NCBI GenBank assembly: GCA_016201505.1
Contig: JACQCQ010000012.1
Location: forward strand, 10,187 to 74,186
Direction of reading: 5' to 3'
DNA: 64,000 bases
DNA from: Candidatus Sungiibacteriota bacterium
GTDB lineage: Bacteria; Patescibacteriota; Minisyncoccia; Sungbacterales; JACQCQ01
Made by a program: the position numbers and the translations under genes
Shown here: piece after piece, positions 35,485-45,338 of the stretch
Position numbering within the stretch: the first letter of the stretch is position 1
How the letters are laid out: every line of letters starts with the position of its first letter
Notes under the pieces: generated by a model
What the model saw: the letters and a program-made list of their open reading frames with translations, nothing else
Told to the model about the DNA's origin: nothing
Databases searched by the model: none

Positions 35485-38211
35485 TTATATCACAAAGTTA
35501 ATCAATCTGCCCGGGATGAAGACCACTTTTTTGGGCGGGGCAATAAAGAATTTGGCGAGCGCATTGTTTTTCGCGAGACTGGCGCTGATTCCGGCCTCGG
35601 AAATATTTCTGGGGAACTCAAGTATCGCGCGGGTTTTGCCGTTTATCTGAATGATAAATTCTGCCGTGTCGCTTGCTTTTTCAACCCTTGCCTCCGGCCA
35701 GCGGCTGTGATGAATCGTTCCCTTTTGTTTCCAGATACTCCAAAGCTCCTCGGTTATAAACGGTGCGAGCGGGCTAAGCAACTTGAGAAACTGCATTCGG
35801 TCTTCTTTGGAGACATTTTCTGGGGATTTCTCAAATCCGCTCATTGCAATCATGAGCGCCGAAATTGCCGTATTGTATTGCAGATTTTGAATGTCGCGAC
35901 TGACTTTTTGAATCGTCTGACTGACCAGTTTTTGGATCTTCTCGTCCGAAACACGCGCCAGTTTTATTTTTGGATCCTGGTAGAAATTCCAAACACGCAT
36001 CAGAAATCGAGTAATGCCGCGAATGCCCGAATCGCGAAAATCGCCGCCTTCGGTAAGGGGTGCCAAAAAAGCCAGATACAGGCGAATCGCGTCTACACCA
36101 TAGGCTTTCATATAACTATCCGGACTTACAATGTTACCCTTTGATTTTGACATCTTGGCGCCGTTTTTCGTGATCAGGCCGTGGGCGCGGAAGGTCGCAA
36201 AAGGTTCCTCAAAGTGGACCAGGCCCCAATCATGCAAAGCCATCGTCATAAATCGCGAATAGAGAAGATGAAGCACCGAGTGCTCGGCGCCGCCGATATA
36301 CATATCAACTGGCAGCCAGCGCCGTGTAATCTCCTGATCCCACGGAATTTCTAATTTCGAAATTTTGGCATGGACCGATGGATATCTCAAGAAATACCAA
36401 GCGGAATCAAAAAATGTATCCGAGACATCGGTTTCGCGCCGCGCCCGGCCTTGGCACTTGGGGCATTTAACTTGATGGAAAGATTTAACCGAGGCCAGCG
36501 GCGAAGCGCCCGTCCCCGTCGGCCGAAATTCCCTTATAAAAGGCAGCTTGACCGGCAGATCTTTATCCGGCACCGGTTGCCACCCACAGTCATTACAAAA
36601 AATCATGGGAATCGGCGGCCCCCAATAGCGCTGGCGCGAAATCAGCCAGTCGCGCAGCCGATACTGAACTTTTTTCTCTCCACCCACGGCCTTCGTGATC
36701 GCCCATTTGGCCTCTTCTGATTTCAGGCCGTTGAATTTCCCAGAGTTTATCAAAACGCCTTCCCCAATATAAGCTGCGTAAACATCACTAAAATCTAATT
36801 GTTCTTTTTTTATCTCAATTTTAATCCCAAACTCGTAGGCTTTTCTAAATTCGTCTTTGTTACCCCAATCAAATCGTTCGTTTTTCCCGTCAGCTGCATG
36901 TAACAAGATTTTCTTAACAGGACCTTCACTATGGATATACCACGGTCCGCTAGTAAAATTTTTTTCTGCAATATCAAAAACTTTTCCTACCTCTTCTGTA
37001 TAGATAAGATTAAGACCATTCCACGTTCCAGTACCTGGCGTAACTTTTGCAAATTTCTGAATCTGTTCGTAGAAATTCTTGTTGAGAGACCGACTAATTA
37101 CAACTATAAAACTCGAGTTTGGCTCTATGACCTGCAAAATTGGCAATTTAAATTTCTTGGCGAATTCAAAGTCGCGTTCATCGTGCGCCGGCACGGCCAT
37201 GATGGCGCCCGTTCCATACGTCGCAAGAACATAATCCGAAATCCAGATCGGAATTGCCTCTTGGTTTGCGGGGTTGACGGCACTCACCCCTTTTACCTCA
37301 ATGCCGGTTTTTTCTTTTCCTGCGGCTGTTCTTTCAATCTCCGATTTTTGTGCTGCAGCTTGAATGTACTTCTCTACTGCCTCCCTATTTGCCATTTGCA
37401 ATGTGCTATTTGCAAGCAACGGATGTTCCGGCGCCAGAACCATATAGGTCGCGCCAAACAAGGTGTCTGGCCGCGTCGTAAACACTTTTATGCTTGATTC
37501 ATGATTCTTGATTCTAAATTCCAGCTCGGCTCCTTCTGATTTTCCGATCCAATTACGCTGTGCAGTTTTGATAGGGTCTGACCAATCGAGTTTCTCAATA
37601 TTGGCAAGCAACCGCTCGGCATAGTCCGTGATTTTGAAAAACCACTGCTCGAGATCTTTTTTGACGACCGGCGTTCCGCAGCGCTCGCACTTGCCGGCAA
37701 TCACCTGTTCATCGGCGAGCACGGTCAGGCACGACGGGCACCAATTGACTTTGGCTTTTTTTCGATAGGCGAGGTTGTGCTTAAACATCTGGATAAACAG
37801 CCATTGGGTGTGTTGGTAGTATGCGGGGTCGTAGGTTTCGAGCCGCTCACGCCAGGCAAACGCGTTTCCAATTTCGGAGAGCTGGCGATAGAAATTTTTT
37901 TCGGTAACCTTGGCTAATTTCATCGGATGCTGATTAATTCTTAAGGCGTAGTTTTCCGAGTGAATGCCGAAGCCATCCAGTCCAATCGGCTCGAAGACGT
38001 CGTGGCCCTGCATACGCTTGAAACGGCCGTAAATATCAACACCAGTGAATGTCCTGACACTCCCGATATGCAGGCCCTCCGCCGAGGGATAGGGAAACAT
38101 CATCAGGTTGTAGTAGGGATTTTTGGCCCGCACCAAATCTGGCTCGTAGGTTTTCTCTTTAAACCACTTTTTACGCCATTTTTTCTCGATTTTGGCCGGG
38201 TTATAGCGCAT
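35485..38211 (-). CDS. leuS: Leucine--tRNA ligase with an inserted domain
   Basis: MFPYPSAEGLHIG, RNWIGKSEG, FTTRPDT, RDWLISRQRYWG and KMSKS. Confidence 0.98.
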   Translation of the reverse strand: MRYNPAKIEKKWRKKWFKEKTYEPDLVRAKNPYYNLMMFPYPSAEGLHIGSVRTFTGVDIYGRFKRMQGHDVFEPIGLDGFGIHSENYALRINQHPMKLAKVTEKNFYRQLSEIGNAFAWRERLETYDPAYYQHTQWLFIQMFKHNLAYRKKAKVNWCPSCLTVLADEQVIAGKCERCGTPVVKKDLEQWFFKITDYAERLLANIEKLDWSDPIKTAQRNWIGKSEGAELEFRIKNHESSIKVFTTRPDTLFGATYMVLAPEHPLLANSTLQMANREAVEKYIQAAAQKSEIERTAAGKEKTGIEVKGVSAVNPANQEAIPIWISDYVLATYGTGAIMAVPAHDERDFEFAKKFKLPILQVIEPNSSFIVVISRSLNKNFYEQIQKFAKVTPGTGTWNGLNLIYTEEVGKVFDIAEKNFTSGPWYIHSEGPVKKILLHAADGKNERFDWGNKDEFRKAYEFGIKIEIKKEQLDFSDVYAAYIGEGVLINSGKFNGLKSEEAKWAITKAVGGEKKVQYRLRDWLISRQRYWGPPIPMIFCNDCGWQPVPDKDLPVKLPFIREFRPTGTGASPLASVKSFHQVKCPKCQGRARRETDVSDTFFDSAWYFLRYPSVHAKISKLEIPWDQEITRRWLPVDMYIGGAEHSVLHLLYSRFMTMALHDWGLVHFEEPFATFRAHGLITKNGAKMSKSKGNIVSPDSYMKAYGVDAIRLYLAFLAPLTEGGDFRDSGIRGITRFLMRVWNFYQDPKIKLARVSDEKIQKLVSQTIQKVSRDIQNLQYNTAISALMIAMSGFEKSPENVSKEDRMQFLKLLSPLAPFITEELWSIWKQKGTIHHSRWPEARVEKASDTAEFIIQINGKTRAILEFPRNISEAGISASLAKNNALAKFFIAPPKKVVFIPGRLINFVI

Positions 38212-38266
38212 GTATACTTAAGTACTATACAGACGGTTTTGACCCGCTACAAGCTTATAAATAAAT

Positions 38267-38298
38267 TTACGCCGCACAGCAGATGCTGTGCGGCGTAA
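38267..38298. terminator. Perfect 15-bp hairpin downstream of the 38324-39058 gene
   Basis: ttacgccgcacagca-ga-tgctgtgcggcgtaa. Confidence 0.65.
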
Positions 38299-38323
38299 GT
38301 GAAAAAGAACGAAGGTTGAAGGG

Positions 38324-39058
38324 TTACGAAACTGCTTGACGGGAACGGAGAAGCGAAAGCGAGTCCCCGGGAGGCGTCCAGTAGACCCGCATGCACCCCC
38401 CGCGCCAGTGCACCCGCGGGACGTCACCGCCCGGTCCCCGTGAACCGGAGCAGAGGGTTACGTTATCGATGTCGAGGTGTCCCCCCGTCTTCCAGTGGTA
38501 CCAGAGTTCGAGGATGAGCCGCTCGAGGAGTGTGACGCCGGAGATCTTCTCGCGAGTGAGATCGTTCGCCGACTTCGAATTCAACTCGTTGTCGGCCTCG
38601 ACGCGATCGCGGAGACGGACGGCGTAGGTTTTCGTCGGCTCGCGGTCGTTCCGGCCGCGGGTCGCTTCATCAAGGTCCTCGGCGTGGCACCAGCAGGAAA
38701 ATCTCTTCTCGCACTCGGCGTAGGCGCGATTGGGCGTCAGGCCTGCGGCGACGACGATGAGCCAGTTGAAGCCCTTCGGCTTTTGGGGCAGGACGAGACC
38801 GGCGAGATCGAGCTCAAGCGAGAAGACCTCGCGGTAGAAGCGAGTCCACTCGCTCGTCTCGTCCTCCGACTGCTTCGTGCCCTTCGGCTTTTTGGGCAGG
38901 ACGAGCGCAACGATCTCGCGGAAACGCTCCTCGTCGTGGGCGAGGATCGCCCAGAATTCCTCTCCGGCGCCGACTTTGCGGCCGGTGATGACGGCTTCGT
39001 GAATCAGCCCGTGGTCTTTTCCGAACTCGATCGCGGGACGCACCATGGATTCGTCCAT
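38324..39058 (-). CDS. Hypothetical GC-rich protein with a possible CLec-like (DGR target-like) C-terminus
   Basis: 244 aa; SD AGGAGGG; own promoter TTGACA-17-TACACT (39104-39132); visibly more GC-rich than its neighbours. Confidence 0.8.
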   Translation of the reverse strand: MDESMVRPAIEFGKDHGLIHEAVITGRKVGAGEEFWAILAHDEERFREIVALVLPKKPKGTKQSEDETSEWTRFYREVFSLELDLAGLVLPQKPKGFNWLIVVAAGLTPNRAYAECEKRFSCWCHAEDLDEATRGRNDREPTKTYAVRLRDRVEADNELNSKSANDLTREKISGVTLLERLILELWYHWKTGGHLDIDNVTLCSGSRGPGGDVPRVHWRGGCMRVYWTPPGDSLSLLRSRQAVS

Positions 39059-39141
39059 GACACACCCTCCTTCTTGTAAATTAGCTCTATTTCAGGCAAA
39101 CAAAGTGTAGCATCAATAGTCTTTACTGTCAAATCCAGTTG

Positions 39142-39969
39142 CTAAATTTGAAAGAGTCTTCGGCAGTTTTGAGTTGTTGCTTCGGCCACTGCCTCAAGCG
39201 AAACTCCTTGCCACTCGGCCAGTTTTTTGGCTGTGGCTTCGATATAGAAAGGTTCATTCCGTTTGCCGCGATACGGGACGGGTGCGACATACGGCGCGTC
39301 GGTTTCTAAAAGTATCTTTTGAAGCGGAACCTGCGAGACGATGTCATAATAGCTTTTGGCAAATGTAATTACGCCGCCAAAGCCGATATAAAAGCCCAAA
39401 TCCATGAGAGCGCTGGCCTCGGCGGCCGTGCCGCTGAAAAAATGGACCACGCCCATAGGTCTAGAATTAGGAATTAAGAAGTAGGAATTAAGGATTTCGA
39501 TGAGGTCGCCGAACGCTTCCCGACAATGGATGATCAATGGTTTCCCGACTGCTTTTGCAACTTCTATTTGAGACTTAAAAATTCTTTTTTGTTCTGCCTT
39601 AATTCGTAATTCATCACTCTGGATTCTATAATAATCGAGGCCGCACTCGCCTATACTGACGACCTTCGCATGCGAGCCTAATTCGAGAAACGTAGCCGCA
39701 TCAAATACTTCGGCGCTCGCCTGCTCTTTCTCCCATTCGTCGTGATAACTTTTAACCGCGTGCGTCGGATGAAATCCGACTGAAGCATACACACCTTCAG
39801 CATATTTTTCGGCAAGTAAAATTGCCTCCCTCGAAGTTGATGCTTGTGTTCCGATATTTATCATCCAAATGCCGGCCTCGAGAGATCGCTGAATAACAGC
39901 CTCACGATCATCTTTGAACACCGGAAACTGGACGTGCGTATGCGAATCAATCAGTTTGGGGTTCGACAT
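39142..39969 (-). CDS. tatD: TatD family nuclease
   Basis: IDSHTH, GFHP, IGECGLDY, IIHCR and LLETDAPY. Confidence 0.96.
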   Translation of the reverse strand: MSNPKLIDSHTHVQFPVFKDDREAVIQRSLEAGIWMINIGTQASTSREAILLAEKYAEGVYASVGFHPTHAVKSYHDEWEKEQASAEVFDAATFLELGSHAKVVSIGECGLDYYRIQSDELRIKAEQKRIFKSQIEVAKAVGKPLIIHCREAFGDLIEILNSYFLIPNSRPMGVVHFFSGTAAEASALMDLGFYIGFGGVITFAKSYYDIVSQVPLQKILLETDAPYVAPVPYRGKRNEPFYIEATAKKLAEWQGVSLEAVAEATTQNCRRLFQI

Positions 39970-40009
39970 AGGAGAAAAACTGTGTTAGACAACAAATACG
40001 GAGGAGCCC

Positions 40010-40204
40010 ATGCCCGACATAGCTGTTTTCTACCTGAAGGGTGAGAACGGTGAGTACAAGTTGACGCTCGCGCATCATGGATGCTACACCATTTTCCGGA
40101 TCAAGCACCCGCGCGAAGTAATGGGAACGCCAAAGATCTTTTTGAATTCAGGCAACATCCCCAACTGCCCCATTCACAATGGTGAGCGCACCATGGCGAT
40201 CTAA
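40010..40204 (+). CDS. Small hypothetical protein, opposite strand between metG and tatD
   Basis: SD GGAGGAG before the ATG; fills the intergenic gap; stop overlaps the metG stop; HHGC and CPIH motifs. Confidence 0.5.
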   Translation: MPDIAVFYLKGENGEYKLTLAHHGCYTIFRIKHPREVMGTPKIFLNSGNIPNCPIHNGERTMAI

Positions 40205-41640
40205 CCGAGGCGCGGAAATAAATTCGCGCCTCGTTCTATTTTTAACTCGGCCGCACCCCAGGGGTTGGTGCCTTTGGTAAGCCCCAGTGAGCCAAACACC
40301 GTATCCGCCGTTTTCGGCATAAAGGGACCGGCGCAGCCGATGAGAGCGACCGTCATACCGAGACAATTTCTCAAGACTTTTTTCTTTTCACCACCTTCAA
40401 GTGTCCAGGGCTTTTTCTCGTTTAAATACTGATCAAGATGCTTTACCATCTCCTGAATAATTCCCGTGGCCCTGAAAAAGTCGAGCTCTGACATATACGC
40501 GCGATATTTCGTATGCAGTCCGCTAAATACTTTTTCAAATTCCGGATCGGCACCCAAAATGATCCCGTTGACCCCCACCGCCAAGGTGGTAATGCGAGAA
40601 ACCGCATTGCCGATGCCATTTGCCAGATCGGCATTATATTTTTCTGCCATGCGCGACCAGTCAAAATCGCCATCAACGCCAAAGGGAAATGAGGAAAGCA
40701 AGAGATAGCGGGAAGCCTCAACGCCGAATGTTTCGATAAGTTGATGCGGCGTAATGACATTGCCCAAGGTTTTTGACATTTTTTGGCCGCCGATCGTAAA
40801 AAAACCGTGGGCGAATATTTTTTTCGGCAAGTCTTCATCAACGGCAAGCAGCATAGCGGGCCAGACGATGGCATGAAACCAAAGTATGTCTTTCCCGATG
40901 AGATGCAAATCCGCCGGCCAGGCGCCGGTTGGTTGGCCGTAGGTGTAGTAGTTTATTAAAGCCTCAATCCAGACGTAACAGGTGTGCGACGGATCAAAGG
41001 GCAATGGGATGCCCCAGGAAACGCTCTTCCGAGAAATCGAAATGTCCTCGAGCCCTTGGCGCAATTTGCCCACGACTTCATTTTTCCGCTCGAGAGGCCG
41101 AATTTCAAGCTCATTCGATTCAATGACGTTAATTAATTTTTTTTCGAATTGAGAGAGCTTGAAAAAATAATTTTCCTCTTTATAGGGCAGCGCGGGTTTT
41201 GCGTGATCAGGACAGATCCCGTTGACCAGCTCTTCGGGCGACATAAATTTCTCATGCCCTAGGCAATAGAGCCCCTCATAGATGCCTTTCGTAATATAGC
41301 CGCGATCAAATAATTTCTGCAGAAAATCTTTCGCGGTACTTTCATGGTCTGGATCGGTCGTTCTGATAAATCGATCGTACGCAATTTCAAGCTTCTCCCA
41401 GGCATCTTTAAATCCGACTACAATCTCATCAACGTATTCTTTGGGATTTTTGTTGTGAATTGAGGCCGCCTCGGCGATTTTGGCGCCATGTTCGTCAGTA
41501 CCGACCAGCAGAAGGGCCGTCTCGCCAGACTGTCTTTTAAACCGAACCAAAACGTCCGCGGCCACGGTCGTATAAGCATGCCCGATGTGCGGCAGATCAT
41601 TTACGTAATAAATCGGCGTCGTTACAAAAAACGGCTTCAT
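40201..41640 (-). CDS. metG: Methionine--tRNA ligase
   Basis: TTPIYYVNDLPHIGH, GTDEHG, IGKDILWFH and KMSKT. Confidence 0.98.
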   Translation of the reverse strand: MKPFFVTTPIYYVNDLPHIGHAYTTVAADVLVRFKRQSGETALLLVGTDEHGAKIAEAASIHNKNPKEYVDEIVVGFKDAWEKLEIAYDRFIRTTDPDHESTAKDFLQKLFDRGYITKGIYEGLYCLGHEKFMSPEELVNGICPDHAKPALPYKEENYFFKLSQFEKKLINVIESNELEIRPLERKNEVVGKLRQGLEDISISRKSVSWGIPLPFDPSHTCYVWIEALINYYTYGQPTGAWPADLHLIGKDILWFHAIVWPAMLLAVDEDLPKKIFAHGFFTIGGQKMSKTLGNVITPHQLIETFGVEASRYLLLSSFPFGVDGDFDWSRMAEKYNADLANGIGNAVSRITTLAVGVNGIILGADPEFEKVFSGLHTKYRAYMSELDFFRATGIIQEMVKHLDQYLNEKKPWTLEGGEKKKVLRNCLGMTVALIGCAGPFMPKTADTVFGSLGLTKGTNPWGAAELKIERGANLFPRLG

Positions 41641-41691
41641 ACGGTGTCCCTACTATAGAGAATGTTGGATAAAGAGCAACTGAAATTTAGT

Positions 41692-42726
41692 TTAGCCGCG
41701 ACGCCGCTTCTTGTGGTCCATGTCGTTTAAAAGCTCAACCACAACGGATGCCATGGGAACGGCCAGCAGCAAGCCCACGATGCCGGCAAGTTCGGCGCCA
41801 ACGAGCAGCGATATTACGACCACGATCGGCGGAATGCCGATGGCGGTTCTCATCACCAGCGGAACGATGACGTGCGATTCTAATTGCTGGACGATCACAA
41901 AGAGAATGACCACCATCAGCGCTAAAAACGGACTCTGCAAAAATGCGACCATAACGGCGGGAATGGCCGCCAACACCGGACCAACAATCGGGACTAACTC
42001 CAAAATCGCGGCGATAAAGGCAAAAACCAGAGCGTACTTTACGTGCAGCAGCGTGAGTCCGAGAAATATGAAAGCGCCGATCAACAGTCCCAGTAAAATT
42101 TGCGCCCGCAGCCACTGGCCCATCTTCCGTTGCGACCGGCTCCATAAATCAACGGCGTATTCTTCGTGCTCTAAAGGAATAATGATGCGAATAAAATCTT
42201 CAATCCCTCTTTCACGAGCCGTCAAATAAAATGAAACGACGATAATAATGACACCCGAGAATACGCCGCCGAAAAAATTAGAGGTAAAGGACAAAACCCC
42301 GCCGGTGAATCCTGAGATATAGCGGGCGGGCTGGGAGAGCGCATCGCGCAAATTGGCGGAGAGAAAATCGGCAAAAGGGACATTACCGATATTTTCAATC
42401 TCGCGCAGGACTTGGCGCTCAAATACCGGATAGGACAAGGTGAATCCCTGAAAATCCTGCGAGATTAAAGGTATGATCAGATAGACGGCCAGCGACAAAA
42501 CCCCGATAACCGAAAGAAAAATCAGAATCGTGCCTAAAATTCGCGGGACTTTTCTTTTTTGCAACCAGCGAATCGCCGGCTCCATGGACGAGGCTACAAC
42601 GACGGCAAATAAAATTACGGCGATCGTCTGGCGCAAAACATAGAAGAGCAGAAAGCCAAGCAAGACCGCAAATACCCGGAAAATGGTCCCGGTTGAGATA
42701 TCGATCATCTGTCGTGTTTGGTTCAT
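41692..42726 (-). CDS. AI-2E family transporter
   Basis: Multi-TM; VPIVGP and QQLESHVIVP motifs. Confidence 0.92.
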   Translation of the reverse strand: MNQTRQMIDISTGTIFRVFAVLLGFLLFYVLRQTIAVILFAVVVASSMEPAIRWLQKRKVPRILGTILIFLSVIGVLSLAVYLIIPLISQDFQGFTLSYPVFERQVLREIENIGNVPFADFLSANLRDALSQPARYISGFTGGVLSFTSNFFGGVFSGVIIIVVSFYLTARERGIEDFIRIIIPLEHEEYAVDLWSRSQRKMGQWLRAQILLGLLIGAFIFLGLTLLHVKYALVFAFIAAILELVPIVGPVLAAIPAVMVAFLQSPFLALMVVILFVIVQQLESHVIVPLVMRTAIGIPPIVVVISLLVGAELAGIVGLLLAVPMASVVVELLNDMDHKKRRRG

Positions 42727-43991
42727 TCTAGTTTTAGGAGCCGTCTGAATTTCGCTTCATCCTTATGGGGCCCAATAAGCGCCAGATTCAGTCGTTCCGG
42801 CCGAAATAGACGGCGCGCCACGCGTTGGATGTCGCGAGCGCTGACTTTCTCAATCTTAGCAAAAACTTCATCAATCGTCAGGGGTTTATGCGTTAAAACT
42901 TCTTCCACGCCGATGAAACTCGCGACCGCATTCGAAGCCTCCAAACCAATCAAAGAAATTCCTCTGACATAATCCTTCGTGCGGGCGAGCTCCCGCGCAC
43001 TGACCAAAGACCGCGTGATCCGGCCGTATTCCTGCATGACAGCAGTGATGGCTTTCTCAACATTTCCGTGCGCCACGCCCGCATAGGTTGTCAAATGGCC
43101 GCGATTCGTATAGGCATCGTTGGAGGTGTGAACGGTATAAGCCAGTCCCAGTCGATCTCGCACCCTATCCCAGATCCTAGAGGACCAGCTACCCCCGAGT
43201 ATGGCCGCTAAAAGCTCGGCGGCATAGCGTTCCCGATCTGAAATCGTTAGTCCTTTAAAACCGACCAGGATATGCGATTGGTCAGTTTCTTTAGCATGAA
43301 GCTTTATACCGAGGGCTTTGGGGGATTCCTTAAATAGTCCTTTAGATCTCGGCCGTGAGGCGCGAACACGGCCGAACAACTTTTTAATTTTAGCGATGAC
43401 TTTAGCTTCCGTAAAATTACCTGCTACAATCACCGCCGTGTTTTCGGCAGTGTACTGATTTTTAAAATAGCCGCGAAACTGCTCCGGTGTGAACGTGCGG
43501 ATATTTTTTTCTGTGCCGATGATCTCCCAACCGGCGTTCTGATCGCCGTATAACAGCCTCTCATAGACATCCCAGACATACCGATCCGGCGTGTCGAGAT
43601 ATTTATGCATCTCTTCGATGATCACCTGACGTTCACGATTAATTTCTTTAGGATCTAACAGCGAGTTGGTGTACACATCGGCCAAAAGATCAAGCGCGGG
43701 ATCCAGATACACATGACCGGCTTTAATGAAATACCCAGTGTATTCGTGACTGGTAAACGCGTTTGAAATGCTCCCCATTGAATCTAATTCATGCTTGATG
43801 GTTTGCGGCGTGGGGCGCCGTTTCGTGCCTTTAAAAAACATGTGTTCCAAAAAGTGAGAAATGCCGCTTTCTTTCCCCGTCTCGTTGTCCGAACCCGTTT
43901 CGCACATAACCAAAACGGTCACCGTATTCGTGCCCTGCATGGGGGCGGTGAGAATCCTAAGCTTGTTGGGCAAAATGGTTTTCTTAAACAT
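42723..43991 (-). CDS. M16 family zinc peptidase
   Basis: GISHFLEHMFFKGT (HxxEH), NAFTS and R..LGLAY. Confidence 0.96.
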   Translation of the reverse strand: MFKKTILPNKLRILTAPMQGTNTVTVLVMCETGSDNETGKESGISHFLEHMFFKGTKRRPTPQTIKHELDSMGSISNAFTSHEYTGYFIKAGHVYLDPALDLLADVYTNSLLDPKEINRERQVIIEEMHKYLDTPDRYVWDVYERLLYGDQNAGWEIIGTEKNIRTFTPEQFRGYFKNQYTAENTAVIVAGNFTEAKVIAKIKKLFGRVRASRPRSKGLFKESPKALGIKLHAKETDQSHILVGFKGLTISDRERYAAELLAAILGGSWSSRIWDRVRDRLGLAYTVHTSNDAYTNRGHLTTYAGVAHGNVEKAITAVMQEYGRITRSLVSARELARTKDYVRGISLIGLEASNAVASFIGVEEVLTHKPLTIDEVFAKIEKVSARDIQRVARRLFRPERLNLALIGPHKDEAKFRRLLKLE

Positions 43992-44030
43992 AAGAAGTGA
44001 GAAGTTGGGGGTTGGAAATGAGAACCATAG

Positions 44031-45338
44031 TTAAGCGATTTTGGTTCTCAAGTATTCGGCGAGTTCTGTTTCATTGACGCGTTCCTGCTGCATCGAGTCG
44101 CGGTCGCGGACGGTTACCGATCCGTCTTCTAGGGTCTCAAAATCGACCGTGATGGCGTAGGGCGTTCCGATTTCATCCTGCCGGCGGTAACGCTTGCCGA
44201 TATTGCCGATATCATCCCAAGCGACTGCGAGTGAAGACTTAAGGCCCTGATAAATTTCTCTCGCGCGTAAGACCAGCTCGGGCTTATTTGAAAGCAAGGG
44301 GAAGACTGCCGCCGTATAGGGAGCGAGGTTCGGCTTTAGCTTGAGCACGGTGCGCGTTCCCTCCTTATCCGGCTCTGTGGCATAGGCAGAAAGTAAAAGG
44401 GCTAAAATCGTGCGATCAACGCCGAAGGTCGGCTCAATCACATGCGGGACGATGCGTTCTTTTGTGGCCTCATCAAAATAATACAGATCCTTGCCGGAAA
44501 ACTTCGTATGGTTTTGCAGATCATAATCCCCTCGATAGGCGAGGCCGTAGAGCTCATCCTGCCCAAAGGGATATGAAAAATTAAAATCGATAGTCCGTTT
44601 TGAATAAAATGCGCGCTCTGGCGCTGGCACCTCGATCTCTTGCAGACGCAGTCCGAGGGCTTCCCCCCAGGCATTGATATTGGTCCGCCATGCTTCAAAA
44701 TATTTTTCCCAATCATGGGGCCTTACGAAATACTCAATTTCCATTTGACTAAACTCGCGCAGGCGAAATAGCATATTGCCGGGTGTAATTTCATTGCGAA
44801 AGGCTTTGCCGATTTGGGCGATCCCAAACGGCAGGGCGGGATGAAACGAGTCAATGACATTTTTAAAATTTAAAAAAATGCCCTGCGCCGTTTCGGGACG
44901 CAAATAGGTCTCCGCGGCCGAGTCTTCGACCGCGCCGACAAATGTTTTAAACATCATGTGAAAGGGACGGACCTCGCTAAAGTCGTGACTGCTGCAATCA
45001 GGACAGCCGAGCGAGACATCAATTTGATCCGCGCGAAAACGCGACTGGCATTTCTTGCAGTCAATCAGCGGATCAGCAAACGAAGCCACATGCCCCGAGG
45101 CTTTCCAGACGTCGGGGTGTGTAATGACGGACGAATCAAGCCCATACATATCTTCCCGATTTTCAACAAACATTCTCCACCACAGTTTTTCGACGTTTTG
45201 TTTTAAGCGCAGGCCGAGCGGACCGTAATCCCACATGCCGGAAATCCCGCCGTAAATTTCGGAGCCAGGATACATAAAACCTCTCTGCTTAGAAAGCGAG
45301 ATGATGGCCTGCATCAGATTTTCCGTCTTTGCTTTCAT
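44031..45338 (-). CDS. glyQS: Glycine--tRNA ligase (homodimeric type)
   Basis: YLRPETAQGIF, GKAFRNEITP, REFSQMEIE and IGKRYRRQDEIGTP. Confidence 0.97.
   Translation of the reverse strand: MKAKTENLMQAIISLSKQRGFMYPGSEIYGGISGMWDYGPLGLRLKQNVEKLWWRMFVENREDMYGLDSSVITHPDVWKASGHVASFADPLIDCKKCQSRFRADQIDVSLGCPDCSSHDFSEVRPFHMMFKTFVGAVEDSAAETYLRPETAQGIFLNFKNVIDSFHPALPFGIAQIGKAFRNEITPGNMLFRLREFSQMEIEYFVRPHDWEKYFEAWRTNINAWGEALGLRLQEIEVPAPERAFYSKRTIDFNFSYPFGQDELYGLAYRGDYDLQNHTKFSGKDLYYFDEATKERIVPHVIEPTFGVDRTILALLLSAYATEPDKEGTRTVLKLKPNLAPYTAAVFPLLSNKPELVLRAREIYQGLKSSLAVAWDDIGNIGKRYRRQDEIGTPYAITVDFETLEDGSVTVRDRDSMQQERVNETELAEYLRTKIA

Noticed and set aside
36775-37120. Intein in LeuRS (also considered for IleRS and NrdJ)
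   Set aside because: No C/S...HN-C/S/T splice junctions and no homing endonuclease motifs.
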